Positions 1-10,320 are shown, numbered from the stretch's first letter. The stretch: DNA of 64,000 nucleotides from an uncultured archaeon (GCA_963782915.1 CAWALK010000012.1:160001-224000); one strand, 5' to 3'. The notes: generated from the letters alone by a model not told the origin. Numbers and translations: made by a program.

Positions 1-68
1 CTTCTTTTCTTTTATTATTTTTAATTTTAAAAAATAGACTTATAGTGGCTTGTTATCAAAAAATTTGG

Positions 69-305
69 TTATTTAAAGCCTATTTTAAAGCTCTTAAGCT
101 GTTTCTGCTTGCCCTTCTTTGTGATATAGTATTTTCCGTCTTGGGTTTTACCGATTAAGCCGCCCCTCTCCATTACGTCAAGGACTGCACCGAATTCTAA
201 GATGTCTGTGGCGGATTCTTTGTCGTAGGCTTTCTTTTCTTTTAGGGTGGTCTCTATTTTACAGCATGAACTGATAATGATGCCTTCACTTTCAATTTGT
301 TCCAT
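69..305 (-). CDS. small hypothetical protein, winged-helix-like C-terminus
   Basis: ORF 69..416; ATG at 305 preferred; 'LIGKTQDGKYYITKKG' resembles a wHTH wing. Confidence 0.5.
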   Translation of the reverse strand: MEQIESEGIIISSCCKIETTLKEKKAYDKESATDILEFGAVLDVMERGGLIGKTQDGKYYITKKGKQKQLKSFKIGFK

Positions 306-452
306 TGGTTTCCCCTCGGATAACAAGTAAGATTGTGGTTGTTTTTGGTTGATTAGGCTTATGAATCCAGACTCTATATCGCCAATAGCTAACGAGTCCC
401 CCTTTATCCAAAACACTTAAGCCTCAAAGCAACAATCTCTTAAGAGAACAGC

Positions 453-1184
453 ATGAAGCACGTAAAGATTTCAGCGTTTGACCTCCCCGACGCATGGTTC
501 AAAGCCCTAAATGCTATCTGGAAAGAAGGCGACATTTTCCCCGTTGGCTTCGGCTCTGAGGAAACCGAAACCAAAAAACTCAACTTAACAATCGAAATCG
601 AGCACCCAGAAAACCGTCCGCTTGTCAGCGATAAAGCTCCATGCGACTTCAAATACGTGCAAGGCTACGCATTAGAATACCTCTGGTGCGGTGAGAAGAA
701 AGAGGATGAAACCTACACCTACGGCAGCCGTCTCAATGATCCAGTTAACCAAGTTGAAGAAGCGATTAAGCGGTACATCGAGGAGCAACGGGATCGCCAA
801 GTTACCATGGTTATTAGGCGTCCCGAAGATATAATGAAATTTGATGCTAACGGGCACAAAAGTGAACCGCCCTGCCTCAGCTTAATTGATACTGAGGTTC
901 TCGATGGTCAAATGCACCTAACTTGCTATTTCCGCAGTTGGGACGCATTCGGCGGTTTACCAGCAAACATCGCTGGGCTGCAGCTTTTCAACGAAGCTTT
1001 CGTTGCAGAAATCAACGAACGCGGCAACCTATCCCTAAAAACAGGAAAACTGATTTTCCACTCTAAAAACTGCCATATCTATCAGCGCCAATACAACCTA
1101 GTAAAAGAACTGTTGGAGCCCAAAGACAGCGCTAAGAGTACTAGATTGGCAAAAACGATGAAGGAAAATGGGGTCCAGAGTTAA
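453..1184 (+). CDS. thyA: archaeal thymidylate synthase (ThyA family)
   Basis: YTYGSRL, PPCL (catalytic Cys), YFRSWD..GLPAN and HIY motifs. Confidence 0.85.
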   Translation: MKHVKISAFDLPDAWFKALNAIWKEGDIFPVGFGSEETETKKLNLTIEIEHPENRPLVSDKAPCDFKYVQGYALEYLWCGEKKEDETYTYGSRLNDPVNQVEEAIKRYIEEQRDRQVTMVIRRPEDIMKFDANGHKSEPPCLSLIDTEVLDGQMHLTCYFRSWDAFGGLPANIAGLQLFNEAFVAEINERGNLSLKTGKLIFHSKNCHIYQRQYNLVKELLEPKDSAKSTRLAKTMKENGVQS

Positions 1185-2550
1185 CTTCCTTCTTTATTGG
1201 GTAGCCAAGGTTTGTCCAAGCGGTCATGCCTCCAAGTACATTACTTAGGTTAGTGTAGCCTGCCCTTTCTAGGATGCTAAGTGCGATGCTGGTTCTGTTG
1301 CCGACTGAGCATGTGATTGCGATTGGCTCATCTTTGGGCAATGTACCTGTTTTCTCTGGCAGATCGGCGAAATGAATCAGTGTTGCGCCTTCGATGTAGC
1401 CGTCTTCTGTCCATTCATGCGGCTCCCTAACATCTAAAAGCGTTATCTCGTCTTTGGAGAGCTTTGTTTTGAGTTCAGTTGAGGATATTGTTTTGAAGCT
1501 GCGAATGGGTCTTCCTGCTTCCTGCCAAGTATTCATGCCGCCGCAAAGGTAACCGCACATGTTATCAAAGCCTAATCTGCGAAATCGGGGAGTTGCAACA
1601 TCGATGTCTTCTTGGCGTTCATGCACAAAGACGATGTATTGGTTGGTATCCATGAGCCAGCCTGGATAAACGCTGGTGCCGCCCAGCCACATGCTCAGCG
1701 AGTTAGGAATATGTGAACCTGCAAAGGCGTAAGGTAAGCGGGTGTCGATGATTATCATGTTTTGTTCTTGCATTTCTTCCTCAAATGCAGGTAGCAGCAT
1801 TGGTCTGGGATACGCCATTTCGGTTAGTAACGGTGGTCCATTGAGGTTGAAATCTTCCATACGTTTGAAGTAACGTGGTACAACCAAGTTTTCGCTCGTG
1901 GATTTTTGGATGAATTCTTCTTTGTCAAGTTGGAGATATGGGTTCGTTCGTTTTTCGTATCCGATGGTGGTGGGTTCTTGTCCGCTGATTCCGCTTCCGC
2001 AGATGCTGCCAGCGCCATGCGCAGGATAAACAAGCACACTATTACCAAGAATCAGTAGCTTCTCGTTTAGGCTATCATAGAGTTTTTCAGCTTGGGTTGG
2101 CTGTGCCTGTTTGCCGTAAAGGTCGGTGCGCCCAACAGAACCTGCGAAGAGGGTATCGCCCGTGAAAACCATCTGCGGCTCCGAGCCTTCAAAGGTTATG
2201 TAGCTTAGCGATTCGTTTGTGTGCCCAGGGGTGTAGGCGGTTTTTATTTTTGTGTTGCCAACGTTGAGGGTTTCGCCATCCGATAGGTTGTGTTCGCCAT
2301 ACTTGAAGGGCAACTCGTTGCTGTGGGCGATTTCTGCTTCAGTCATGTTTTGGAGCTCCAGCGAGCCTGTGACGTAGTCTTCGTTTCTGTGGGTTTCGAG
2401 TATGTATTTGATTTTGGTGCAGTCATGGGCGGCGAGTTGGGTGTAGATTGTGCAGTCGCGGCGTGGGTCTATGACGGCGGCTTCGTCTCCGCTGGTTAAG
2501 TAGTAGCTGTTGTGGGCTAAACCCTCAGATTTGACAACTTTAACTTTCAT
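1141..2550 (-). CDS. MBL-fold metallo-hydrolase with two rhodanese domains (persulfide dioxygenase/sulfurtransferase-like)
   Basis: THRNED, TPGHT, FTGDTLF, PAHGAGS; C-terminal rhodanese LLDVRE...CSVGNR. Confidence 0.9.
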   Translation of the reverse strand: MKVKVVKSEGLAHNSYYLTSGDEAAVIDPRRDCTIYTQLAAHDCTKIKYILETHRNEDYVTGSLELQNMTEAEIAHSNELPFKYGEHNLSDGETLNVGNTKIKTAYTPGHTNESLSYITFEGSEPQMVFTGDTLFAGSVGRTDLYGKQAQPTQAEKLYDSLNEKLLILGNSVLVYPAHGAGSICGSGISGQEPTTIGYEKRTNPYLQLDKEEFIQKSTSENLVVPRYFKRMEDFNLNGPPLLTEMAYPRPMLLPAFEEEMQEQNMIIIDTRLPYAFAGSHIPNSLSMWLGGTSVYPGWLMDTNQYIVFVHERQEDIDVATPRFRRLGFDNMCGYLCGGMNTWQEAGRPIRSFKTISSTELKTKLSKDEITLLDVREPHEWTEDGYIEGATLIHFADLPEKTGTLPKDEPIAITCSVGNRTSIALSILERAGYTNLSNVLGGMTAWTNLGYPIKKEVNSGPHFPSSFLPI

Positions 2551-2559
2551 GTTGATCGC

Positions 2560-2982
2560 CTAATCGGTCCAGTCCAGCAGCCGCCGCTCGCCCTTCAAAG
2601 CTTGAATCTCCGTTACATCCTGCACCACTTCCACCGTACCCAAATACTTGCCCTCCGCATCCCGCACAGCGAAAAACCGAATAAAAATCAAGCGTCCATG
2701 CGAGTTTATCCAGAATTCAGCGGCGTTTTTGGTGCCTGACCTAAATGATTCGGTTATCCTGTTTACTGTGTCTAAGCTTTTGGATGGGTGGCAGTTTTGC
2801 ACTTTCATGCCTATGACGCCTTTGGTGCGTAGGAAAATCATTTTGGGTGGGTTGTTGAAGTAGCGGACGGTGTCAGTGTGGTCGATGAAGGTGATTTCGA
2901 TTGGAAGTGTGTTTAGTAGGGGGTTTAGGATGGTTTGGGTTAAAGCTCCGAAATCAAACTGGACACTGTTTGGTTGAGACAA
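2560..2982 (-). CDS. PAS domain protein (PAS_10/DUF438 C-terminal type)
   Basis: LNTLPIEITFID, NCHP, AEFWIN, YLGTVEVVQDVT, LKGERRLLDW; TTG start. Confidence 0.85.
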   Translation of the reverse strand: MSQPNSVQFDFGALTQTILNPLLNTLPIEITFIDHTDTVRYFNNPPKMIFLRTKGVIGMKVQNCHPSKSLDTVNRITESFRSGTKNAAEFWINSHGRLIFIRFFAVRDAEGKYLGTVEVVQDVTEIQALKGERRLLDWTD

Positions 2983-3091
2983 AAAAATATTCCTCTACAT
3001 TAAACTACAGATTGTTTGTGATTTAATCCTTTCCAAAAATGCAATTAACCCTTAAAAGTGCAGGTTCCCTAAAGTTATTCGAGACACGTTT

Positions 3092-3634
3092 ATGGGTCGC
3101 AATTTGGCGTCTTGGAACCTGCTTGAGGATATGATGCTTGAACTCAAAAGATCAGGAGTAACAATTCCCGATAAAGTCATTGAAGACCTCCGTTCAGTCC
3201 AATCCCTGATAAAATTGGGTTGTATGCCCGGCAGCGGCGATGCAATCCAGAAAGCGGAAGCGTTGATGGGGAATGTGGAGGCTTTTGTGGTTACCGAGGG
3301 GCAGAAAATGTTTGGGGAAGAGAAGGTTGACGTGTGGCTTAGGCGCTTAGAAGAGGCTAATATGGAAGTCTGCGAACCCACTGGGAAATCAGTTGTGGTT
3401 GGGGATAAGTTTGTGACGGGTGTACCACGCGACCAAAAATGGGTCAGGATTGAACCGATAGGTGATATTACAGCCGTGAAGGTTGAGCTGATTGCCAAGG
3501 AACAGAACTTGCAAGTGAAAACTCAGCCGGATGGGAAACTTGTGGTTTATGGGCAACCGGAAAACCTCAAAGCCTTCCTCAAAAAAATGACCGCTGAAAA
3601 GCCAAACCATAAGCGCCATGTTTCCACAATATAG
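3092..3634 (+). CDS. DUF2096 family archaeal protein
   Basis: W..LEDM..EL...G..IP..V..DLR; GVPRD.KWVRI. Confidence 0.75.
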   Translation: MGRNLASWNLLEDMMLELKRSGVTIPDKVIEDLRSVQSLIKLGCMPGSGDAIQKAEALMGNVEAFVVTEGQKMFGEEKVDVWLRRLEEANMEVCEPTGKSVVVGDKFVTGVPRDQKWVRIEPIGDITAVKVELIAKEQNLQVKTQPDGKLVVYGQPENLKAFLKKMTAEKPNHKRHVSTI

Positions 3635-3749
3635 CGTGATGGCAAACAAGCAATTGCAATTGCACCCGAAAAACAAGCCTCACCCAACAAACCCCTAATC
3701 GAAACAAAAAAAACCTCAACAAATGCATGGGTACCTGCCTTGGAAGCCA

Positions 3750-3781
3750 GCATTTGTCCGGCCTATAAATAAGGGAGGGGA
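3750..3781. repeat. dispersed repeat family B copy (purine strand on +)
   Basis: GTCCGGCCTATAAATAAGGGAGGGG; reverse complement matches 32520-32544. Confidence 0.75.
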
Positions 3782-3908
3782 CATATGTGAAAGCAATAAC
3801 GTCTGCTGATTTTTCGGCATTGTCTATTGAAAACAAAATGGCACTATCGCTTCGGGGCTTCGATATGTTTTTACGTTTAAGCCCTCTCTCCTACAAGTGT
3901 GAGCTGCC

Positions 3909-5138
3909 ATGATTAGGAAACTGTTTACGTTTGAGGAAGCTAAGCGCGCTATTGAAGCATGTTTTAAGCCGGTATCGTTGGGTGACGAAGAAACTGTGTT
4001 GCTCGAAGCCTTCAATCGTGTGCTTAGCGAAGATATAGTTTCGCCTTTTGATATTCCGGGGTTTAACAGTTCACGTTTGGCCGGTTACGCGGTGAGGGCT
4101 GCGGATACGGTTTTGGCAAATGAGGATCAACCGGTATCTCTTACTGTCTCTGGCAGTTTAACCGTCGGCGAAACACCCAAACTCGCCCTCGCCAAAGGTG
4201 AAGCCGCCGAAGTAGCCGCAGGTGCAGTGCTTCCGCAAGGCGCAGACGCAGTCATCGCCATCGAAGACGCTGAACGCGAAGACGACACACTCCAAATCTA
4301 CAGCCCAGCCACATCAGGCGATAACATGCGTGTGCAGGGTTCAGACATAAAAGCCGGCTCTGTGGCGCTCAAGAAAGGTCAACTGTTGGGTTCAACAGAA
4401 ATCGGGGTCTTGGCAGCTTTAGGTTACAAGCAGTTGAAGGTCCTAAAAATTCCGATGATCGCGGTTTTATCCATCGGTAACGAAGTCACCGAACTCGGCA
4501 AGCCCCTTTCGCCCGGTAAAAGTTATGATTTGAACTCTTACGGTTTAAGCACTGCTGTTATGGAATGCGGCGCTAAACCCGTCTATTTCGGTGTAGTTCC
4601 CGAAGATAAGGCGGCTATCCAGCGGGTTTTAGCTGCTGCGGTAGCTTCCACTGACATGGTTATAGCCTGCACCGACAACCCCGACGTGGCCGAAATCGTT
4701 GATTTGCTGGGCAAACCCGGCATCGTCGTCAACGGTATAGCAGCAAAACCCGGGAAATCAACCGCAGCCGCCTTCATCGGCGACAAACCGGTCTTTCTAT
4801 TACCCAGCAACCCCTCCGCTGCATTATTGATGTATCAACTATTCGCTCGGGTGCTTGTGCAGCGTTTAGGCGGCAGACCAACCGCAGGCTTAAAAGCAGT
4901 CAACGCATATGCCGGCTCAAAAATCTTCAGCGCCAAAGGCAGCCGAACCTTCACTATGGTGCAGTTGCAATTTGATGAACAATGCCGCTTAATCGCCCAA
5001 CCCATCGACGCTGCAGGTCCTGTTTCAGCTTTGGCGTGTGCTGATGGGTTTGTGCAGATAGAAGAAAACGAGCAATTCTTAGATGTTGACCAGGAAGTTA
5101 CGGTTATGCTGCTGCGGGGTTCAGCCGCAAAAGCTTAG
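3909..5138 (+). CDS. MoeA/gephyrin-like molybdopterin molybdotransferase paralog with degenerate motifs
   Basis: GYAVRAADT, GAVLPQGADAV, GSDI, KPGK and ADGF are MoeA-like; several catalytic positions are altered. Confidence 0.85.
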   Translation: MIRKLFTFEEAKRAIEACFKPVSLGDEETVLLEAFNRVLSEDIVSPFDIPGFNSSRLAGYAVRAADTVLANEDQPVSLTVSGSLTVGETPKLALAKGEAAEVAAGAVLPQGADAVIAIEDAEREDDTLQIYSPATSGDNMRVQGSDIKAGSVALKKGQLLGSTEIGVLAALGYKQLKVLKIPMIAVLSIGNEVTELGKPLSPGKSYDLNSYGLSTAVMECGAKPVYFGVVPEDKAAIQRVLAAAVASTDMVIACTDNPDVAEIVDLLGKPGIVVNGIAAKPGKSTAAAFIGDKPVFLLPSNPSAALLMYQLFARVLVQRLGGRPTAGLKAVNAYAGSKIFSAKGSRTFTMVQLQFDEQCRLIAQPIDAAGPVSALACADGFVQIEENEQFLDVDQEVTVMLLRGSAAKA

Positions 5139-5139
5139 C

Positions 5140-5487
5140 TTACTCATTTCTTTTAAGAAGCATCTGTACCGTGAATACCCAGGCAAGCACCAGATAGGGC
5201 AGCATCAATGCTGTGACTAATAGGTTGCTAAAGCCCACTGAATAGAGTGTGACGCCTGAGAACACAGTGATTGTGACTAACATAATGAAAACCAGCCATG
5301 GCGCCCAAGCACGCTTAGTAAACAGGCTATAAGCGGTTATGAGGCTCACGATGCCTAAAAAGCCCATGTGCGGTGGAAAACCGGTGAATGGCAGAAACGC
5401 AAGGAGCAGGATGCCTGTTACAGTGTAGAATGCTATGTTTGCGAGTTGGATGCGGTTGAAGCTTTTGAGTTTGGTTGCTATGGACAC
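5140..5487 (-). CDS. small 4-TM membrane protein
   Basis: four hydrophobic segments; coding-like composition. Confidence 0.7.
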   Translation of the reverse strand: MSIATKLKSFNRIQLANIAFYTVTGILLLAFLPFTGFPPHMGFLGIVSLITAYSLFTKRAWAPWLVFIMLVTITVFSGVTLYSVGFSNLLVTALMLPYLVLAWVFTVQMLLKRNE

Positions 5488-5609
5488 GGTTGGTTCGCCT
5501 TTACCTTTAGCAGTAGGGGTTAAATTAATAAATTTACCCTATTTTATCCAAAATGATGGTGTCTGCGAATGTGGACTTGACCGAAAAACGCTCTTTTTGT
5601 CTAAAGCGC

Positions 5610-5810
5610 TTTTTTCTATAGTTGTTGGTGAAAAGCTGCTATACACAACAACTACCAGCAGGCTTAGTTTTGGCGTCTGTTTTTAGTGAGGCGTTGGTGG
5701 CAAGTTGCAGACTGGTTGCGGAGACTTTTGCAAGCAGATCAGTTCGGCTACACCTTAGGTTTAGGGACCTACCTACCTCAGAGCACCTACCCCCTCCCTT
5801 ATTTATAGAC
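5610..5810. repeat. composite dispersed repeat (family A 5610-5737 plus family B 5768-5810)
   Basis: 5610-5737 is the reverse complement of 27827-27955 and 58227-58360; 5768-5810 matches 34136-34175 and 32505-32540. Confidence 0.85.
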
Positions 5811-5947
5811 TAACAACTGCTGGGTTGGAGCGTTATGGGTTTGTTGTTTGTTAGGCGGGGGTTTGGGTTGATGTGGGGTTGTTGGGTTTTGAAGTGGTTT
5901 TGTATGCAACTGTTTTGGGTTTGGTTGATGCTTCGCGTACCGAAAAA

Positions 5948-6367
5948 TTACTGCAAGTCATTTCTTTTCATGAACTTCTCAAGTAATCCCAAAAAAGTCC
6001 GTTGCTCCTCAACCGTTAAATTAGCCATGTGCTTTTTAACATAGCCAGCGAGTACTTCTTCTTTTGTTTGCAGCCACCTTTTGCCTTTCTCAGTTGGGAC
6101 CACATAGGTGTTTCTGCGGTTAGCCTCATCTTTCACACGCAAAACGTACCCTTTCTTCTCGAGATTGTCAACGTAGCCTGAGGCGGTGCTTTTTTTAATG
6201 TCAAACATCTCGGATATGTCGGTCACTTGGAGTTTTTTTAGGTGGGCGTTGTAGAGGATGGCGGTGGCGATGGGGGATAGGTCGCTTTTTCTGCCTTTTT
6301 GGAGTCCGAGTGTCATGCTGACGGCTTCGTGTATGAGGTTGAGGGTGCGCTGGAGTTCGGTTTCCAT
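5948..6367 (-). CDS. MarR family transcriptional regulator
   Basis: KSTASGYVDNLEKKGYV.R..DE.NRR...V.PTEKG. Confidence 0.9.
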   Translation of the reverse strand: METELQRTLNLIHEAVSMTLGLQKGRKSDLSPIATAILYNAHLKKLQVTDISEMFDIKKSTASGYVDNLEKKGYVLRVKDEANRRNTYVVPTEKGKRWLQTKEEVLAGYVKKHMANLTVEEQRTFLGLLEKFMKRNDLQ

Positions 6368-6407
6368 GTGGTTATGTTTGGTTGGGTGGTATAAAAGATG
6401 TGTGTAT

Positions 6408-6454
6408 AGTTAGGTTAGGCTAAATATTTATTAAACAGTTAGCATAAGCTAACT
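6408..6454. promoter_or_regulatory. two palindromic operators flanking an AT-rich TATA-like box (candidate MarR sites)
   Basis: AGTTAGC-ATAA-GCTAACT perfect at 6437-6454; imperfect AGTTAGG-TTAG-GCTAAAT at 6408-6425. Confidence 0.7.
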
Positions 6455-6471
6455 ATTCGGGCGAGTAACCA

Positions 6472-6891
6472 ATGAACAAACAACACAAAATCCTCCTACT
6501 ACGAATCAGCTTCTGGGTAGGCGCCATAATCGACGGCTTCGTTGCAATACAACTACTAATACCCAGTTTCTGGGCTTCCTTTAGCGGCTTAACAAGCTAT
6601 ACACCAAGCGCCACACTCAGCTTTGGGCTCATCATTGCAAGCTCGCTGATGTGGGGTTGGACTGGGCTGCTGATTTGGGCAGATAGAAAGCCACTGGAAA
6701 GAAAGGGCATCTTGCTTTTGACAACATTTCCTGTAGTTTTTGGTTTGGCAGCAAACAACATTTACGCAACTGCATCAGGACTGATAATGCTTCAATCTGT
6801 GCTGGTGCCACTGGCGATTCAATGCATACTAACCGCTCTGTTCCTGTACAGCTACATCAACGCCCGAAAAGAAACCCCGTCTGGCCAATGA
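6472..6891 (+). CDS. membrane protein divergent from MarR
   Basis: 4 TM segments; LLIWADRKPLERKG motif. Confidence 0.75.
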   Translation: MNKQHKILLLRISFWVGAIIDGFVAIQLLIPSFWASFSGLTSYTPSATLSFGLIIASSLMWGWTGLLIWADRKPLERKGILLLTTFPVVFGLAANNIYATASGLIMLQSVLVPLAIQCILTALFLYSYINARKETPSGQ

Positions 6892-6942
6892 CGAATTTAA
6901 TCGTCAAAAAACCTCAAAAGCTAACAGCCACCACTAACACCT

Positions 6943-7505
6943 ATGAGCGGCATCGATTCACTCCACAAAATTCTAAAAGACCCAACCCGCAGAAAAGCCA
7001 TCCTCCTACTGAACGACGGCAGCCTAACCTACACTGAGTTAATGGATAAACTGGACATTATCAGCACGGGCACACTAAACTATCACCTTAAAGTCCTTGG
7101 TGACCTTGTTGAAAAGGATGAAACGACCAATACATACTGGCTAGCCGTGGCAAGCTTGCTTATCAGGTTTTAACACAGTTTCCAGACCAAAGCCAGCCCC
7201 TGCAGGATAAACGAATATACAAAGCATGGATAGTAATGACCGCTGCATCTGTGTTTATGGCAGTTATCAGCTGCTATTACCTCCAGATACCGCCTTTTAG
7301 AACAGCAGTGATGGTAGCTGTTTTGCTTATCACAACTGCCTTCGCATTTTACATAAGAATAAAACCGGTTTCAAGGGTTACATATGGTTTGAAAAGTTTC
7401 GTTTCCACGTTTACCTTATGTGCCGTGTTTTTTTTGCTGGTTTTTGCCTTCATGAAATATTCTGGGCTAACGACGATTAATGCTCCAATCGTCGGCCTAT
7501 CTTAG
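6943..7505 (+). CDS. ArsR-like wHTH fused to C-terminal TM segments (frameshift near 7120)
   Basis: LKDPTRRKAI..L, STGTLNYHLKVL; shifting frame at GATGAAACG joins to the 7236..7505 TM ORF. Confidence 0.75.
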
Positions 7506-7715
7506 TTTTAATGTATTAACTGCAATGCTAATGCACTTTGCTTTCCGAAGGATTTGCAGGTGAGAAAGAAGATGAAGATACGCAATTCCAAGAATAAAAC
7601 CGTAGATTTCCAATAAATGCGCCTAAGAAATGCTACTTTTATGCGCAATTGGTATTTATAGCCAGACAAACCATAGTTCCAGAATATTCTCTGGCAGGGT
7701 GAAGGCACACGCTAG

Positions 7716-8375
7716 ACACAAACTATAGCACAGACAGTCCTGGATACCTTAAAGGGAACGCTGCCCCTGCCTAAACTCGTTAAAATCGGCGCAGACCCGT
7801 ACCAGACGCTGGTTGTTACGATTATTTCTCAGAACACCGCCGACACCAACACTGAACGTGCCTTCGAGAGCTTATCTAAGCGGTTTGAAATAACGCCCGA
7901 AGTGCTTGCGAAGGCAAACATCTGTGAGATTGAAGAATGCATTCGAGTCGGCGGATTATACCAAAGCAAAGCCAAAACCATCCAAACCGCATCAAAAATC
8001 ATCCTTGAACGGTTCGGCGGAAACCTAAACCCCATCCTGTCCCTGCCAACCGAAGAGGCAAGAAAAACCCTCATGGAGATGCCTGGTGTGGGACCAAAAA
8101 CCGCCGATGTCGTGCTCCTATTCTCGGCGAATAAACCAACAATCCCAGTAGATACGCACGTTAACCGTGTTTCAAAGCGATTGGGTTTAGCTCCTCCAAA
8201 AGGCGGCTATGAAGCTGTCCGTTTAAGCCTCCAATCACTCTTCCAACCCAAAGACTACGCCTCAGTTCATCTGCTACTGATTGCGCATGGCAGAAAAACA
8301 TGCAAAGCCCAAAAACCCCAATGCCAAACCTGCCCCATAAACAGCAGTTGCCCATCCAACGGAGGCATACAATGA
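7716..8375 (+). CDS. nth: endonuclease III (HhH-GPD, 4Fe-4S)
   Basis: TIISQNT upstream of the listed ORF, MPGVGPKTAD, VDTHV.R, C-x6-C-x2-C-x5-C; exact start unclear (in-frame TAG at 7713). Confidence 0.85.
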   Translation, partial: TQTIAQTVLDTLKGTLPLPKLVKIGADPYQTLVVTIISQNTADTNTERAFESLSKRFEITPEVLAKANICEIEECIRVGGLYQSKAKTIQTASKIILERFGGNLNPILSLPTEEARKTLMEMPGVGPKTADVVLLFSANKPTIPVDTHVNRVSKRLGLAPPKGGYEAVRLSLQSLFQPKDYASVHLLLIAHGRKTCKAQKPQCQTCPINSSCPSNGGIQ

Positions 8376-10320
8376 GCAAACCAGTGGTAAAGTTACCCCC
8401 AGAAGTCATGGAGTACTTCCCCTACAGCGCCGCACGCCCCCACCAAGACGAATTCATAACCACAGTCAACCAAGCCGTCAACGACCGCAAAAGCGTCCTC
8501 ATCGAAGGCAGCAACGGCTTAGGAAAAACAATCTCGGCCCTGTCCGCGGTATCTGCCGATTGCGATGAAAAAGAACCTCAAGGTTCTCTACGTCGCCCGC
8601 ACCCATCGCCAACATGACCGCGTCATCGACGAATTGCGAATGATTTACAAGATGCGCCCAATCACAGGCGTCATCTATCCGTGGACGCAACGAAATGTGC
8701 CTAAACGTATTCGCCGCCAAAGGCGCATTCGACTCAAAATCACTCATGGAAGTCTGCGAACTCCTCAAATCAAAAGGCAGATGCCCATACTACAAAAACG
8801 TAGAAAGCCGCACCTACGAGTACATTTCACTTCAGCAGCAAGTAGCCAGCAAACCCTACATGGGCTCTGAAATCCTGCGGGTATGCAAGAAAAAAGAAAT
8901 CTGCCCCTATGAACTCGTTAAAGGTGCAGTGCATGACGCACGAGTTATCGCGTTGAGTTACCTCTATGTTTTTGACCCCCAAATTCGAACGCCGTTTCTC
9001 AAGAACTTGGAGACGGAACTTTCAAAAATCATACTTGTAGTCGACGAAGCCCATAACCTGCCAGAAACCGCTGTTGACATCTCAAGCAGCCAACTTACCC
9101 TATTCATTTTGAGGCAGGCGGAAATGGAGGCTGAACGATTCGGCTACAAAGACATCGAAGAATTCACCCATTTCTTCCGCAACGAAATGGACAAATTAAC
9201 CGACAAAATCAGCAAAGAAGAAATAATCTCACCCGACCGCATCCTCGAAATCATAGAAAAACAGGGCGGCATCGCTAAACCACGCGAATTCTTCATCCAC
9301 ATGCATGAAGCAGGCATCGCCATCAAAAAAGCGCTGCTTGCAGAGGGCAAAAACCCCCGCAGCTATATCAATGCCATGGCTGATTTCCTCAACAAATGGT
9401 TAGACACCGTTAACGATAATTCCTACATTAACGTAGCCAGCAAATATTACAGTCGAGACGGCAATAAATCGGCTAAACTAGAAATTGTAGCGTTAGACCC
9501 AGCTAAAATAACTGAACCCGTCTTCTCCTCAACCTACGCCAACGTAATCATGTCAGGAACCCTTCAACCTCTTGAAGCATACGCACGCATCACTAAACTT
9601 CCTGAAAGCACAGTGCGATTCTTAGCGCCTTCACCGTTCCCCAAAGAACACGTTTTCTCAGCGGTTTGCCTAGGCGTTTCCACTTCTATGGATTCACGTA
9701 CCCCCAAAATGTATCAAACCATGATTGAACGCATAAACGAAGTCGTAAACAGCACCCCAACCAACACAGGCATCTTCACAGCATCATTCCAAGTCCTAAA
9801 CGCCCTATTATCTGAAGGTTTAGAGCAGCAACTGCTAAAACCACTGTATTGCGAAAAAAGCGGAATGACCTCCAAAGACAACGAGAAACTGGTACATGAT
9901 TACAAAGCATGCGGCGACAAAGGCGGCGCAGTCTTTTTGGGCGTTCAAGGCGGAAGAACCTCTGAAGGCGTAGATTTCCCAGGTAACCAAATGAATTCCG
10001 TGATTGTTGTGGGAGTACCATATGCGGAGCCAACACCCCGCGTCAGAGCACAAATAGATTATTACGAGGACCGTTTCTCTGGCAGAGGAAGAGAATACGG
10101 CTATATTTTACCTGCGATGAAAAAGGCTTGTCAAGCAGCTGGCAGACCTATACGCACCCTCGAGGATAAAGGCGCCATAATCTTCCTAGACTACCGATTC
10201 TCAAGTGCTTACACGAAAAGCTTCATACCTTCGTGGGTAACAAACGGCATGAAAACCCTACCCGATAAATCAGGCGTCTTAGCTCAAGAAGTCAGAAACT
10301 TTTTCAGTAATCAGGCTTGA
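8372..10320 (+). CDS. xpd: XPD/Rad3/DinG-family Fe-S DNA helicase (frameshifts near 8550 and 8676)
   Basis: Q motif RPHQ, Walker A GSNGLGKT, Fe-S Cys, DEAH, SGTL, SEGVDF, QAAGR.IR; ATGA overlap with nth. Confidence 0.85.

Noticed and set aside
5835-5940. GT-rich ORF 5835..6044 and similar low-complexity ORFs (59419..59625, 52836..53447)
   Set aside because: They are shadows of AC-skewed low-complexity or opposite-strand coding DNA with no protein motifs.
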